DNA of 63,236 nt, filler included, from Octopus bimaculoides (taxonomy: Eukaryota): the NCBI RefSeq assembly GCF_001194135.2. It is 7 parts of 7 records of this genome, joined end to end, with 100 filler letters (N's around TTAATTAATTAA, not from the genome) between each part and the next. Parts side by side here need not be neighbours in the genome. Positions count along the whole stretch, not along the records: positions 45,590 to 52,550 come from NC_069007.1; positions 52,651 to 54,896 come from NC_069003.1; positions 54,997 to 57,937 come from NC_068982.1; positions 58,038 to 60,844 come from NC_068983.1; positions 60,945 to 63,236 come from NC_068986.1; 2 more parts are not named here. One strand, written 5' to 3'. A program made the translations under genes and the position numbers. Of the stretch, positions 51,923 to 63,236 are shown in pieces (within the stretch, counting starts at the first letter, position 1; each line of letters opens with the position of its first letter). The notes beneath the pieces were generated by a model that saw only the letters and a list, made by a program, of their open reading frames with translations, made no database searches and was not told the origin of the DNA.

Positions 51923-52911
51923 NNNNNNNNNNCTCTCTCTCTCACTCACTCTCTCACTCTCTCTCTCTCTATATATATATATGTATGTTTGTATACACAC
52001 ACACATACACACATACACATATATACATATATACACACACACATACATATATATGTATATATATCTGAATGTATGCATGTATACATGAATGAATGTATGT
52101 ATGTATGTGTGTATGTATGTATACACGCACACACTCACTCATACACACATGTAATACCATACACTCTGTGTTTATGTGAATTGGCTTTGAGTAATCGAGA
52201 TATCTCAGCACAACTCCACAAGTGGCAAGCACGAAAAACAATAAAGGAAAAACGTTTTAAGTATCTTTTTCGTAAATGACAAACGAATTATGCAAATATT
52301 ATAATTGATTTCTGTTTGCTTGTAATTGATATCGTCGTCGTAGTCGACGATTTTGGGGAGACCTTGGGCGTCGAAGAAGATCAGAAGATCAGCAAGCCGC
52401 TCTTTTCTGGAGAATTTTTGGGCCTGGACCGATGGATAATTTCCCAAAATCTCTGGCCTGACAGTGCTACCGGGGAGCTTTGCCTGTTCCAGATAAACTT
52501 TACAGGACACGGGAATGCCGTCAGCCGAACATGTCTGAAATGCACGCACGNNNNNNNNNNNNNNNNNNNNNNNNNNNNNNNNNNNNNNNNNNNNTTAATT
52601 AATTAANNNNNNNNNNNNNNNNNNNNNNNNNNNNNNNNNNNNNNNNNNNNTATATATATATTAAAATAAAGATTCAGATAGAATCGGGTCCTTGAAAAGA
52701 TATGTACGAAGTAGGGTCAGTTAAACCTGTGGTTCCGGCCTATGGTTGGTAAGTATCAAATAAGATATTCCGGTTGTGTACACAGAGAAAACCAGCCTTA
52801 TGAGTATTTAGCGCCTAAAGCCTGGTCCAGAGCACGCGTTACGTTTAATTGTACGTTATTGGTATACTCTAAGGTGTTCGACAAGTCGTAAATCTCCTTG
52901 GTGTAATATGA

Positions 52912-53161
52912 TCAAATGAATAAATAACAGACGATGGATAATCGTCAGCTAATTACAGCTGTTTCATAGTTAACCTCAACAGATTTCAGTCAAATCCCTA
53001 CTGTATTCTTAGGATATTCTTTTGTTTGTAAAACTACGTTTCATCTGATGATTAAGGTTTTTTTTGTAATGGAGTAATGTTCTCGTTCTTCTATTAAAAA
53101 TTGCGTAAGAAACAGCTGTTATGAGCTGACAATAATCGATCGTCTGTTATTATTCAATTGA
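52912..53161. mobile_element. Unclassified MITE-like element with ~50-bp imperfect TIRs
   Basis: tgaataaataacagacgatggataatcgtcagctaattacagctgtttc versus the reverse complement of 53109-53160. Confidence 0.6.
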
Positions 53162-53218
53162 GTACACACACACACACATACACACGTAAATACATGCATA
53201 CATACATACATACACATA

Positions 53219-53431
53219 CGAGTGGGTGCTGAAAAGTTTTGGGCTTTAAGGTTATTGCGAAAGGCCAAGTTGGAGGCCCAAAGTTTCGAGTTCTTGTACA
53301 GGGCTCAGAAAAACTGAAGGACTGCTGCAATAATTGTGTGAACCTGGGAGGGGAATATGTTGAATGAAATCATAATTAGCTGATTCTCCTGTATTTTCTT
53401 TTACCCAAAGCCAAGAACTTTTCAGCAGCCC

Positions 53432-53435
<4 letters not shown>
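53219..53435 (+). mobile_element. Mariner-derived MITE, complete
   Basis: TA TSD, ~28-bp TIRs cgaggggctgctgaaaagttcttggctt; internal remnant KLKDCCNNCVNLGGEYVE* resembles the mariner C-terminus. Confidence 0.85.
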
Positions 53436-53515
<80 letters not shown>

Positions 53516-53689
53516 CATATGCGTACATGCGTAGTGTGTGAATAGAATATTTATGGAAAGCTGAGAGGTAATTATTCTTCGACTTCTCTACCTTATATTA
53601 CTAGAAAAAGCAATACATTTGTTTCCGTAAATTTAGTAACTGAAGCCATTACAATTTAGTGTAAATATAGATGATAGAGCAGAAATTGT

Positions 53690-54085
53690 TATGCTTCGTA
53701 GACCATATATCACCTTTAAAGACAATAAGAATAATAGTTCGAGTATTTTAACGAGATAGTTAGCTTAAAGCTGTGCTTATACTGTTGGCATCAGGAAAGA
53801 TTACAAATGTACCTGGCGTACGATTTTCATGACAAAACTACCAGCCTATAAGCTCCATTTATCTCTTATAGGTAAAGCGACTACATCTTAACAGAAGTAT
53901 AGATTATAAAGTGGCAACTGCAGTATTCTGTAGACCATATGTAACTTTTAGAGACCATGAGGATAATAGTCTGAAATTTTCAACGAGATATTTAGCGTAA
54001 AAATTTGCTTTTTCTCTCGACATCAGTAAAGATTTCGACTGTCTGGTATGCAATTATCAGGACAAAACTATTGGGCTATGAGTTC
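53690..54085 (+). mobile_element. Two tandem, highly decayed LINE RT fragments
   Basis: Units give LDISKDFD / WYAIIRTKLLGY and WRTIFMTKLPAY, resembling LDISKAFDRVWH..LL.KL.SYG. Confidence 0.45.
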
Positions 54086-54500
54086 AGGCACTTTCCTTTT
54101 TGGTCAAACCTTCATTAATTTTTTCCAGTTTCATTTGCAAAGGAAGTTGAGGGTGGAGAAGGAAGTATTGCCTTGTAGCAAGTTTGTTGAAAGGTGGGTG
54201 AATGTTGGAAGAATGGCCAGTGTGAGAGGACCAATTCTGAGCGAGCACCTGTAAACAGAAGGAGAAGGGCACTTGCCCTATTGTTCAGGCATCCCTGGTT
54301 TTTGTGATTTTTTCCACGATGTCCTTAATGCTCCCCGCTCCTATTGGGAGTTTTAAATTGTTCAATTTAATTGTTATATATATATTGTTTACACGTTGTA
54401 AAACCCATTGTACCGTGCTGTTTTTGTCTTTTATGTTGTTGTATGTATTTTAATGTAATTTTATGTAAGCCCTTGTGGCCAATTAACGAATCAATAAACG
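54086..54500 (+). mobile_element. Probable L1/Tx1-like LINE 3' end
   Basis: FINFFQFHLQRKLRVEKEVLPCSKFVERWVNVGRMASV followed by a T-rich 3' UTR ending cccttgtggccaattaacgaatcaataaa. Confidence 0.5.
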
Positions 54501-56042
54501 CAGCACACACACGCCTGCGCTATATCAGTCTATATTAAATGTGTGTGTGTGTGTGTGTGTGTGTTGCATGTTTATGCATGTGCACATGCGCATATGTGTG
54601 TATGTGTGTCACTCTCTTAGACGCACTCACAGACACAGACACAGACACACACACACACACAAACACAAAGTCACACACACGCCTGCATATACACCCACAC
54701 ATGCTCGCACACACACACACACACTGCGTTCTGTTTTCTTCCTATCTGTCTGTCAATGTATCTCTGTCACTCTCAGTTCACCGAAAATTCTAGATCTGTG
54801 TCACGTGTCAACGCCACCCGACTGGCACCCCACCCCCACTCTTAACCCATCCACCCCCACCACCATCCCTCCCACTCTCAACCGCCACCTCCCTCCNNNN
54901 NNNNNNNNNNNNNNNNNNNNNNNNNNNNNNNNNNNNNNNNTTAATTAATTAANNNNNNNNNNNNNNNNNNNNNNNNNNNNNNNNNNNNNNNNNNNNACAC
55001 ACACACACACATACATACAAGACGAAATATGAATAATAGTCAATACATATTTTAGTTTATTGTAGTAAATTTGACTTACAGCTGTTTCTAGTATTATAAG
55101 TTCGTTATTGATAAGTTTATTCAATCGATCCACTGACCGGTTGAGAAAAATTGAATGACCTAAAAATTTAATGCTACTTTTCNNNNNNNNNNAGTCGTTT
55201 CAACAAAAGTGATTTTGACAAAAGTAGCATTCTGATTACAACCGGAAATGACTGAACTGTGAGGCGCACAGTTCCATACAAAGATTTTTGTAATTTTTTC
55301 ATAAATTAAGGGATGGCTATTGGCATTAACTTAAGCTTAAGGGTTATATAATGTACAAGTATAAAGAAAGAATTAAAGAANNNNNNNNNNTTATATAATG
55401 TACAAGTATAAAGAAAGAATTAAAGAAAAAAAGGACTCATCATATTGAATGTTATCGATGATATCGAGTGGAAATAGGGGGCGCTGAAGTTCTGCAGGTC
55501 CTATACACGAGCCACCACTGCCTGACATTAAATCAAAACCATGTAATTCCAAGATTTATTTATGTTTNNNNNNNNNNNNNNNNNNNNNNNNNNNNNNNNN
55601 NNNNNNNNNNNNNNNNNNNNNNNNNNNNNNNNNNNNNNNNNNNNNNNNNNNNNNNNNNNNNNNNNNNNNNNNNNNNNNNNNNNNNNNNNNNNNNNNNNNN
55701 NNNNNNNNNNNNNNNNNNNNNNNNNNNNNNNNNNNNNNNNNNNNNNNNNNNNNNNNNNNNNNNNNNNNNNNNNNNNNNNNNNNNNNNNNNNNNNNNNNNN
55801 NNNNNNNNNNNNNNNNNNNNNNNNNNNNNNNNNNNNNNNNNNNNNNNNNNNNNNNNNNNNNNNNNNNNNNNNNNNNNNNNNNNNNNNNNNNNNNNNNNNN
55901 NNNNNNNNNNNNNNNNNNNNNNNNNNNNNNNNNNNNNNNNNNNNNNNNNNNNNNNNNNNNNNNNNNNNNNNNNNNNNNNNNNNNNNNNNNNNNNNNNNNN
56001 NNNNNNNNNNNNNNNNNNNNNNNNNNNNNNNNNNNNNNNNNN

Positions 56043-56551
56043 CTACAAAATAGCTAATTTTCTAGATGTTACTTTAGATTTAAAATCTTCGCGATACTCC
56101 CCCTGCCATAAACCTAATCAATACCTCATATTCATTAGCATAGACTCTAATCATCATAAATCTACCTTCGACAGTGTAATCAATGGTATATCTATCCGAA
56201 TATCGGATCTCTCCNNNNNNNNNNNNNNNNNCAATAGCCACGCTACATACCATAATCAGGCGCTAGCAGCTAGCGGCTTCTAGCACCAAAAACGAATTCA
56301 TAGCAAACACTAGGCTTAAAAATACATCTCTCAACTCAATCCTGGGGGGAGAAGGGCACACCCCACCANNNNNNNNNNGGCATACAAACACTTCTACCAT
56401 GAGTAGACGCACTAAACCCCATGGCTAGAAACCTAAAGGAACCTCGACTGGGGCGCCCACGCCCGCCTTGCTCTCACCCGTATAACACTCGAACGAGACT
56501 CAAACTGATAAATAATACTGAGTCCCAAGGATCTCCTCAAACAGAAAATAC
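56043..56551 (+). mobile_element. Penelope-like element RT C-terminal fragment (inverted copy)
   Basis: NFLDVTLDLKSSRYSPCHKPN...SNH...ISIRISDLS...YHNQALAASGF; roughly 95% identical to the reverse complement of 57321-57820. Confidence 0.85.
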
Positions 56552-56599
56552 AACATACCATCACTTTAATGTATTTGAAGTTTACTTAAAATTAAAAGT

Positions 56600-57917
56600 T
56601 ATAATTAAAAATTAACAATTAAAAAGATTAGTGTAACCAGCGTACTTGAAAGATAAATATGTTGTGGGAATAGGTATTAATAAACGGAGGAAATATGTAC
56701 GCATACTGTCACGACTGTTATTCCAGAGAGGCAGATGTAGTAGATATCATGTGTGTTGAATTTGCTTGCATTTGAACCTGTAGAAGAACCTAAAGGTAGG
56801 ATAGAACTTATGTTTACAGGAAGAAAATGCTTCATGTCTATTTATCAGGTGGTGTATGTGGTTGGTTAGGGAAGTGGACTCGCTGTGTTCCTCATACCTA
56901 AAGGAATTCAGATGTGAGGAATATCGCTGCTTAAAATCAATTGTAGATCCAATGCAATAGGAATATCTCTGCTTAAAATTAATTGTAGATCCAGNNNNNN
57001 NNNNNNNNNNNNNNNNNNNNNNNNNNNNNNNNNNNNNNNNNNNNNNNNNNNNNNNNNNNNNNNNNNNNNNNNNNNNNNNNNNNNNNNNNNNNNNTTGCAG
57101 GCGTTATTTAGTATGAATTAAGTTTTTGCTTATTAGATAAGGCAATAATAGATTCTATATTGGGTGATGAGGAGCAGGGGAACTTTAGAATAGATCTGTT
57201 GAAGATCGAATGGCATTTGTGGTGACGTGGAAAGTTAGAGTCTACAATGGCAAAGGAGGTTTTAGTTAAGCCCTTAACGTTTAAAGCGAATGGGGGTGTA
57301 ATATAGGGGAAGAATAATCGGTATTTTCTGTTTGAGATCCTTGGGACTCAGAATTATTTATCAGTTTGAGTCTCGTTCGAATGTTATACGGGTGAGTGCA
57401 AGGCTGGCGTGGGTGCCCCAGTCGAGGTTCCTTTAGGTTTCTAGCCGTGGGGTTTAGTGCGTCTACTCATGGTGGAAGTGTTTGTATGCCCGGTGGTAAG
57501 GTGTGCCCTTCTTTCCCCCCAGGGTTGAGTTGAGAGATGTATTTTTAAGCCTAGTGTTTGCTATGAATTTATTTTGCTGGGAGAAGCCGCTAGCTGCTAG
57601 CGCCTGATTATGGTATGTAGCGTGGCTATTGAAAACTTTCTCCTTGGCGGAGAGATCCGATATTCGGATAGATATGCCTTTGATTACACTGTCGAAGGTA
57701 GATTTATGATGATTAGAGTTTATGCTAATGAATATGAGGTATTGATTAGGTTTATGGCAGGGGGAGTATAGCGAAGATTTTAAATCTAAAGTAACATCTA
57801 GAAAATTAGCTATTTTGTAGCTGTTCTCAAATGTGGTAGATAATTAAAATAAGCAAAGAACTTATGCAAATCTTTTCTGATTTTCTCTAATGCAGGTTTT
57901 TATAGGTCGGGAGCAAC
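56600..57917 (-). mobile_element. Penelope-like element remnant: RT (YRDD), thumb/linker, GIY-YIG
   Basis: YRDDAVL, NFLDVTLDL, PPFALNV...FPRHHKCHSIFNRS...PNIESII, and CIGSTIDFKQRYSSHLNSFR; stops and frameshifts present. Confidence 0.88.
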
Positions 57918-58894
57918 CAGCACTGCATCATCTCTATNNNNNNNNNNNNNNNNNNNNNNNNNNNNNNNNNNNNNNNNNNNNTTAATTAATTAANNNNNNN
58001 NNNNNNNNNNNNNNNNNNNNNNNNNNNNNNNNNNNNNTCATCCTTTCGGAGTCGATATATTAAATACCAGTGGGGTCGATGTAATTGACTGGTCCCCTCA
58101 CCCTAAATTCCAGGCTTTGTGCCTATAATAGAAAGGATTGTTATTATTATTATAAACTGATTTCTTAAATTGGCACAAAGTCATCAGAAACAATACACTC
58201 AAAAGAGAAAATTGATTATATCATCTTTATTTATTTATTTATTTATTATTCATTTTGAGTTATCACTCACAATTATACTCGCACTCAACAACCAATAGCA
58301 TCATCATCATCATTATCATCTTCATCATCATCAACAGCAGCAGCAGCATCAACTGCACCGGCTGCAGCTCTATGGTTTTGATGTCTGTCAGAGAAGTGAG
58401 TAATGGTACTTCCATTTGCAATTTTCACGAATGCCAGCTTTTTCAGCCTTTTCGTTATTTCTCCTCTGTGACTCATTTTTTTTTTCGGCTGATGTCGAGA
58501 AGTGGAGCAACGGAACACATTAAAAAAAGAGACCATCTTTCTGTGTGTGTGTGTGTGGGAGTATAGATGTATGTATGTATGTATGTGTGTGCGAGTGTGA
58601 ATATGTACGTGTACACATAGACATACACACACATATATATATTAATACAGATACGCATAAATTGTGTGTGTATCTTTGTGTGTGTGTGCATAAGTACATA
58701 CGTATGTATACATGAATGAATATGTATGTTATGTATGGCTGTACTATGTGCGTACGTGTGTATTTATATGTCTGTGTATATATTTACGTTACATACATAT
58801 ATACATACGTACACACACATATTTATGTCAGCGTGTATATGTATGCTCATGTATGTGTCTGTATATATATGAATACATATGAATGCTTTTGAAG

Positions 58895-58929
<35 letters not shown>

Positions 58930-59279
58930 NNNNNNNNNNNNNNNNNNNNNNNNNNNNNNNNNNNNNNNNNNNNNNNNNNNNNNNNNNNNNNNNNNNNNNN
59001 NNNNNNNNNNNNNNNNNNNNNNNNNNNNNNNNNNNNNNNNNNNNNNNNNNNNNNNNNNNNNNNNNNNNNNNNNNNNNNNNNNNNNNNNNNNNNNNNNNNN
59101 NNNNNNNNNNNNNNNNNNNNNNNNNNNNNNNNNNNNNNNNNNNNNNNNNGTGTGTGTGTGTGTGTGTATATATGGTATGTATGTATGCATGTATGTATGT
59201 ATGCATGAATGAATGAATAAATGAATGTATGTAAGTATGTATGTATATATGTATTTCTATATATATGGGTTTGAATAAG

Positions 59280-59285
59280 CATGCA

Positions 59286-59326
<41 letters not shown>

Positions 59327-59396
59327 TCACAAAGAAAGAGAGGAAGAGACAGTGGGATAGAGAGTAACAGAGGAAGAGGCAGAGAGAAATAGAGAG

Positions 59397-59437
<41 letters not shown>

Positions 59438-59706
59438 CTAAGAGAGAGTGAGGTTAATAGAGAGTGAGGCTAAGAGAGGGTGAGACTAAGAGAGAATGAG
59501 GTTAAGAGAGAGAGGGAGAAAGAGAGAGAGCGAGAAAGAGAGAGAAAGGGAGAAAGAGAGAGAGGGAGAAAGAGCGAGATCTTCTGAAAGACATAATACT
59601 ATTTTGAAAAAGGCTAAGAGAGAGGGAGAGAGAGAGAGAGAGAGGGGGTGGCTAAGACAGAGTGAGGTTAAGAAAGAATGAGGCTAAGAGAGGGAGAGAA
59701 TGAGGC

Positions 59707-59755
<49 letters not shown>
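59280..59755. repeat. GA-rich tract with periodic TGAGG(C/T)TAAGAGAG units
   Basis: Direct inspection. Confidence 0.85.
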
Positions 59756-59758
<3 letters not shown>

Positions 59759-59947
59759 TCTGAAAGACATAATACCACTTTGAAACAGGTTTACAAATGA
59801 ACAATTTCTTTAATTTCTCTGCAATATAATTCGATTCCTTTTCAATTAAAAATTTTATAAAATACATATAAAAGAAAAAACAACAACAACAACATACTTT
59901 TGAGTTTTCTAACATTTATCGCGTGCTGATCTCAGTTCTGTGTGCCT

Positions 59948-59972
59948 TGCGCATGCGCAGTTTCATGATTGG
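59948..59972. promoter_or_regulatory. Perfect NRF1-type palindrome TGCGCATGCGCA with adjacent ATTGG (CCAAT box)
   Basis: Motif match only, in non-repetitive sequence. Confidence 0.35.
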
Positions 59973-60064
59973 CGATTTTTGTGCTTCTTCTTGCATTGAA
60001 AGAAATTTGCTATATGCGTGCAATACCTGGTAGTATTATTGTCGATGGGTTGTGTATATATTCA

Positions 60065-60238
60065 GAGGCCCTGGTATGGCTGTGTGGTTAAGTTGCTGGA
60101 AGCTCGATTTGTAACTGTATGCTTTTGGGCTCTGTCCCACTGCGTGGCGCATTGGGCAGTTGTTTTCTACTATAGGCTCCGGGCCGACCAATGCCTTGTG
60201 AGTGAAGTTGGCAAGCAGAAACTGTGCAGAAACTCGAC

Positions 60239-60245
<7 letters not shown>
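60065..60245 (+). mobile_element. SINE family B, 5' half (decayed)
   Basis: tggctgtgtggttaag...gtcccactgcgtggcgcattgggcag...gggccgaccaatgccttgtgagt. Confidence 0.8.
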
Positions 60246-60281
<36 letters not shown>

Positions 60282-60944
60282 ACATGCACTAGCCGAAAGA
60301 CTGCACTCCTGGCGTCTTTCTGCTGCTCTCTTGATAGATGTTTTTCACATATGATTCTCAGTTCTAATAATTTTTATATTTTAGTCTAAGTATTTCTTTG
60401 TGTAATAGTGCTCACTTGCTTAGTAAATATTGCTTTCATTGTTTTATCACAGTCATAATCTCTGTCTTTTAAACAAACATCATGGTAGTCCAACAACAGA
60501 GGGAGAGGCAATTTGTCAAGTATTAATTTCCCCTCAAAGCAACATAGAGATTACAATTCAGCAGCCCATCTGTAAACTTTGTAGTGTGTGTGAGAGATAA
60601 AGAGGGGGAGAGAGAACGTTGCAAACGATGAATGAAAAACTCGTAAGGGCATTACTACAGATGGATACGCCCCTGATTTTTTGCCTCATAACATCCAGAA
60701 AAATGGATATTTTTTAACAAAATTTTCTACAAAATTTTCTACAAAATTTTCTACAAACACCGCTTAGATGTTGTGGCTTCAGAGTATATAGAGATTTATG
60801 AGAAACAATTTTTCCGAGAGGGTGGAGAGAGGAGTTTTGGAAAANNNNNNNNNNNNNNNNNNNNNNNNNNNNNNNNNNNNNNNNNNNNTTAATTAATTAA
60901 NNNNNNNNNNNNNNNNNNNNNNNNNNNNNNNNNNNNNNNNNNNN

Positions 60945-61399
60945 TATTCAGTTGAAAACAGTTAGCGCTGTAACGGTGTATATCGTATTAATCCCCTAAC
61001 CCTAACCCTAACCCTAACTAGACTGTTAACCGTAACCGTAACCGTAACCCTAACCCTAAAACTAACCCTAACTCTAGAATCCGAACTCTAAAATTGTTAC
61101 ACACACAGATACGCACAGCGTAATTTATTATATAAACAATATATGCGTATAAATTACGATTAAACCGGATGAAATATGCCACAGGGGATAACATTTTTAT
61201 GATCGGCAAGCAGTAACTCTATTCAGCTGAATTGACGTCAGTGATTGGTTGAAATTACAGAAATACGACAACTTTAACATGGAATAACTTGCGATGTACA
61301 TTTTTTTGTTAAGAAGACTAAGAGTAAAAGATGTTTTATATGACACATTCTACCAGTGTCCCTAAGAAAATACTCGTGCCCCCGTTTTGAAATAGATCC
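60945..61399 (-). mobile_element. Merlin-like MITE with telomere-like repeats (partial, runs into gap)
   Basis: Reverse complement of 61791-62275; ends ...cccccgttttgaaatagatcc. Confidence 0.8.
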
Positions 61400-61790
61400 G
61401 AAAAGTCTTTTTAAAGACATATTTGTATAGTATTCAAATAACGGGCATTTTTCTTGTTTTTGTCTGTCTCTGTTTCACTTAGTAACTCTTGTGGGCTCGA
61501 GGTCCTTGTGAATTCTTGGATAAGAAGAAGTCGTAGGGATCTGTATTGTTTATAATGTGTGCGTAGGTGTTATTCTAAACAGCAGTAGTAGTAATAAAGT
61601 AAGGGAGGAGGTGGTGGAAAGTAAGAAGAAGATGACGGAGAAGATGAGGGATGGGGAGAAGAAGAGAAATAGTAATAGAATGCAGGATAATGTGATAGTA
61701 ACTAGTCGAGTGAGTAGTGATTGGGGTTGTTTTTCTTTTATATAATTTTATATTTTTATAATTCCTTGAGTATCTATTTGGAGTTTATCA

Positions 61791-62462
61791 GGATCTATTT
61801 TAAAACGGGGGCGCCAGTATTTTCTTAACGAAACACTAACGAAACACTTTGAAACTTGGGACACTGGTAGAATGTGTCATATAAAACATCTTTTTCTCTT
61901 AGACTTCTTAACAAAAATTTCTTCTTAATAAGTTATTTCATGTTAAAGTTGTCGTATTTCTGTAATTTCAACCAATCACTGACGTCTATTCAGCTGAATA
62001 GAGTTGCCGCTGACCGGTCATAAAAATGTTATTCCATGTGACATATTTCATCCGGTTTAATCGTAATTTATACGCATATATTGTTTATATATTAAATTAC
62101 GCTGTGCGTATCTATGTGTGTAACAATTTTAGAGTTCGGATTCTCGAGTTAGGGTTAGTTTTAGGGTTAGGGTTAGGGTTACGGTTACGGTTAACAGTCT
62201 AGTTAGGGTTAGTGTTAGGGTTAGGGGATTAATACGATATACACCGTTACAGCGCTAACTGTTTTCAACTGAATAGACGTCAGTGATTAGTAGAAATTAT
62301 CGAAATAAGACAATTTTTTACATGAAATAAATTCGAATACAAAATTTTTTTCTGTTCTATAACACAAAATAGATAAGTATACGAAGTTTGAAAGTCTTTC
62401 GGTACCAAAAACACTACATAAAACATAAATGAAAACTGGTGCCCCCGTTTTAAAATAAATCC
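61791..62462 (+). mobile_element. Complete 672-bp MITE, Merlin-like (GG termini, 8-bp TSD), with TTAGGG-type tract
   Basis: 28-bp TIRs GGATCTATTTTAAAACGGGGGCGCCAGT (26/28 match); TSD GTTTATCA at 61783-61790 and 62463-62470. Confidence 0.85.
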
Positions 62463-62499
62463 GTTTATCATTTTTAATATTTGTGTGTGTGTTATTCTA

Positions 62500-63236
62500 A
62501 GGTCGTGGTGGAGGTGTTATTTGTTGTAGATGCGTTCAGAAGGGGTCTGTATTTTATGATGAAGAGAGACTCTTTACTAATTCTTTGGCTGTAGGTTGTA
62601 TCGTCTCTGAATTGATAGAGGGGAAAATTCTGAAACTTGGATTTTTATTATTGGAGCAAATATCGATGTGTTGGCTGAATGCTATTTTTCTGTTTTTGGG
62701 AATTTTGATTTGGGATTTGTGCAGAGCCATCCGTTGACGTAGGCTGTTTTTTGTTTGGCCTATGTACTGCTCTTGACACCCAGAGCAGGTTAGTGCGTAT
62801 ATCAGGTTCTCCGAATTACATGTGAAGTTACTTTTCACTTTGAAATTTTGTCCCTGTTAGAAGGAGAACTCTGATCTCTCAATTAGATTGACGCATATTC
62901 CGCAGTTGGGTCTACCGCATTTTTTTACAGACAGCTTCAGTGTTTTTGGTGAGGGTATTCGAGCTTGTGTCAGGAGACTTTTCATAGATTTGGGCTGTCT
63001 CTTGCTTTTTATAATGGTGTGTGTTTGGAGGATTAAGTTCATTCTGTGGTCCTTTTTTAGCAAGGGAATGTTTTGAAGTATGGTGTCGAAGGCTTCGTTG
63101 TTAAGAGGGTTGTATGTGGAAATGTATGGTAGGGCTTTTGGTTGTAAGGCTTTCTTTAATTTGGGATGTCTGAGTTCGTGGATGCTGAGTTGAAGGGCTC
63201 GTTGAAAGCATGTGTCAATTAGTGTAGATGGGTAGT
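62500..63236 (-). mobile_element. Penelope-like element C-terminal half: linker, Cys motif, GIY-YIG endonuclease (second family; runs off the window)
   Basis: YPSTLID...LPYISTYNP, KCGRPNCGIC, FTCNSENLIYALTCSGCQEQYIGQTKNSLRQRMALH, ESLFIIKYRPLLN; frameshifted. Confidence 0.9.

Noticed and set aside
58295-58400. Poly-His/Gln frame followed by a GTGAGT donor
   Set aside because: Degenerate (CAT)/(CAG) repeat with an in-frame TAG just upstream
60993-62227. TTAGGG/CCCTAA tracts as a true telomere or fusion site
   Set aside because: Short, degenerate and contained within the two MITE copies

Overview
Repeat-saturated eukaryotic draft-scaffold window with many N gaps. Dense (AT)n/(CA)n/(GATA)n/(AAT)n microsatellites and the SINE families present are most consistent with an octopus genome (inference). 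I recognise no host protein-coding gene. Nearly all supplied ORFs are microsatellite or N-gap artefacts; the recognisable ones are transposon remnants. Supported content: (1) about 35 copies of three tRNA-derived SINE families (called A, B and C here; B carries a CORE-like segment); (2) decayed Tc1, mariner and Merlin/IS1595-type transposases plus mariner, Tigger-like and Merlin-like MITEs; (3) fragments of CR1/L2-group, L1/Tx1-like and R4/Dong-like LINEs; (4) two distinct Penelope-like (PLE) RT/GIY-YIG remnants. The most interesting signal is five minimal type I hammerhead ribozyme motifs with palindromic stem III. Two lie in a head-to-head palindromic dimer of a tRNA-headed SINE with a PLE-type tail. 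One is an apparent U3:A8 core variant in the loop of a fold-back element. A Merlin-like MITE carrying TTAGGG telomere-like tracts occurs as an inverted pair. Coordinates of decayed repeats are approximate (about +/-20 bp), and no database search was possible.
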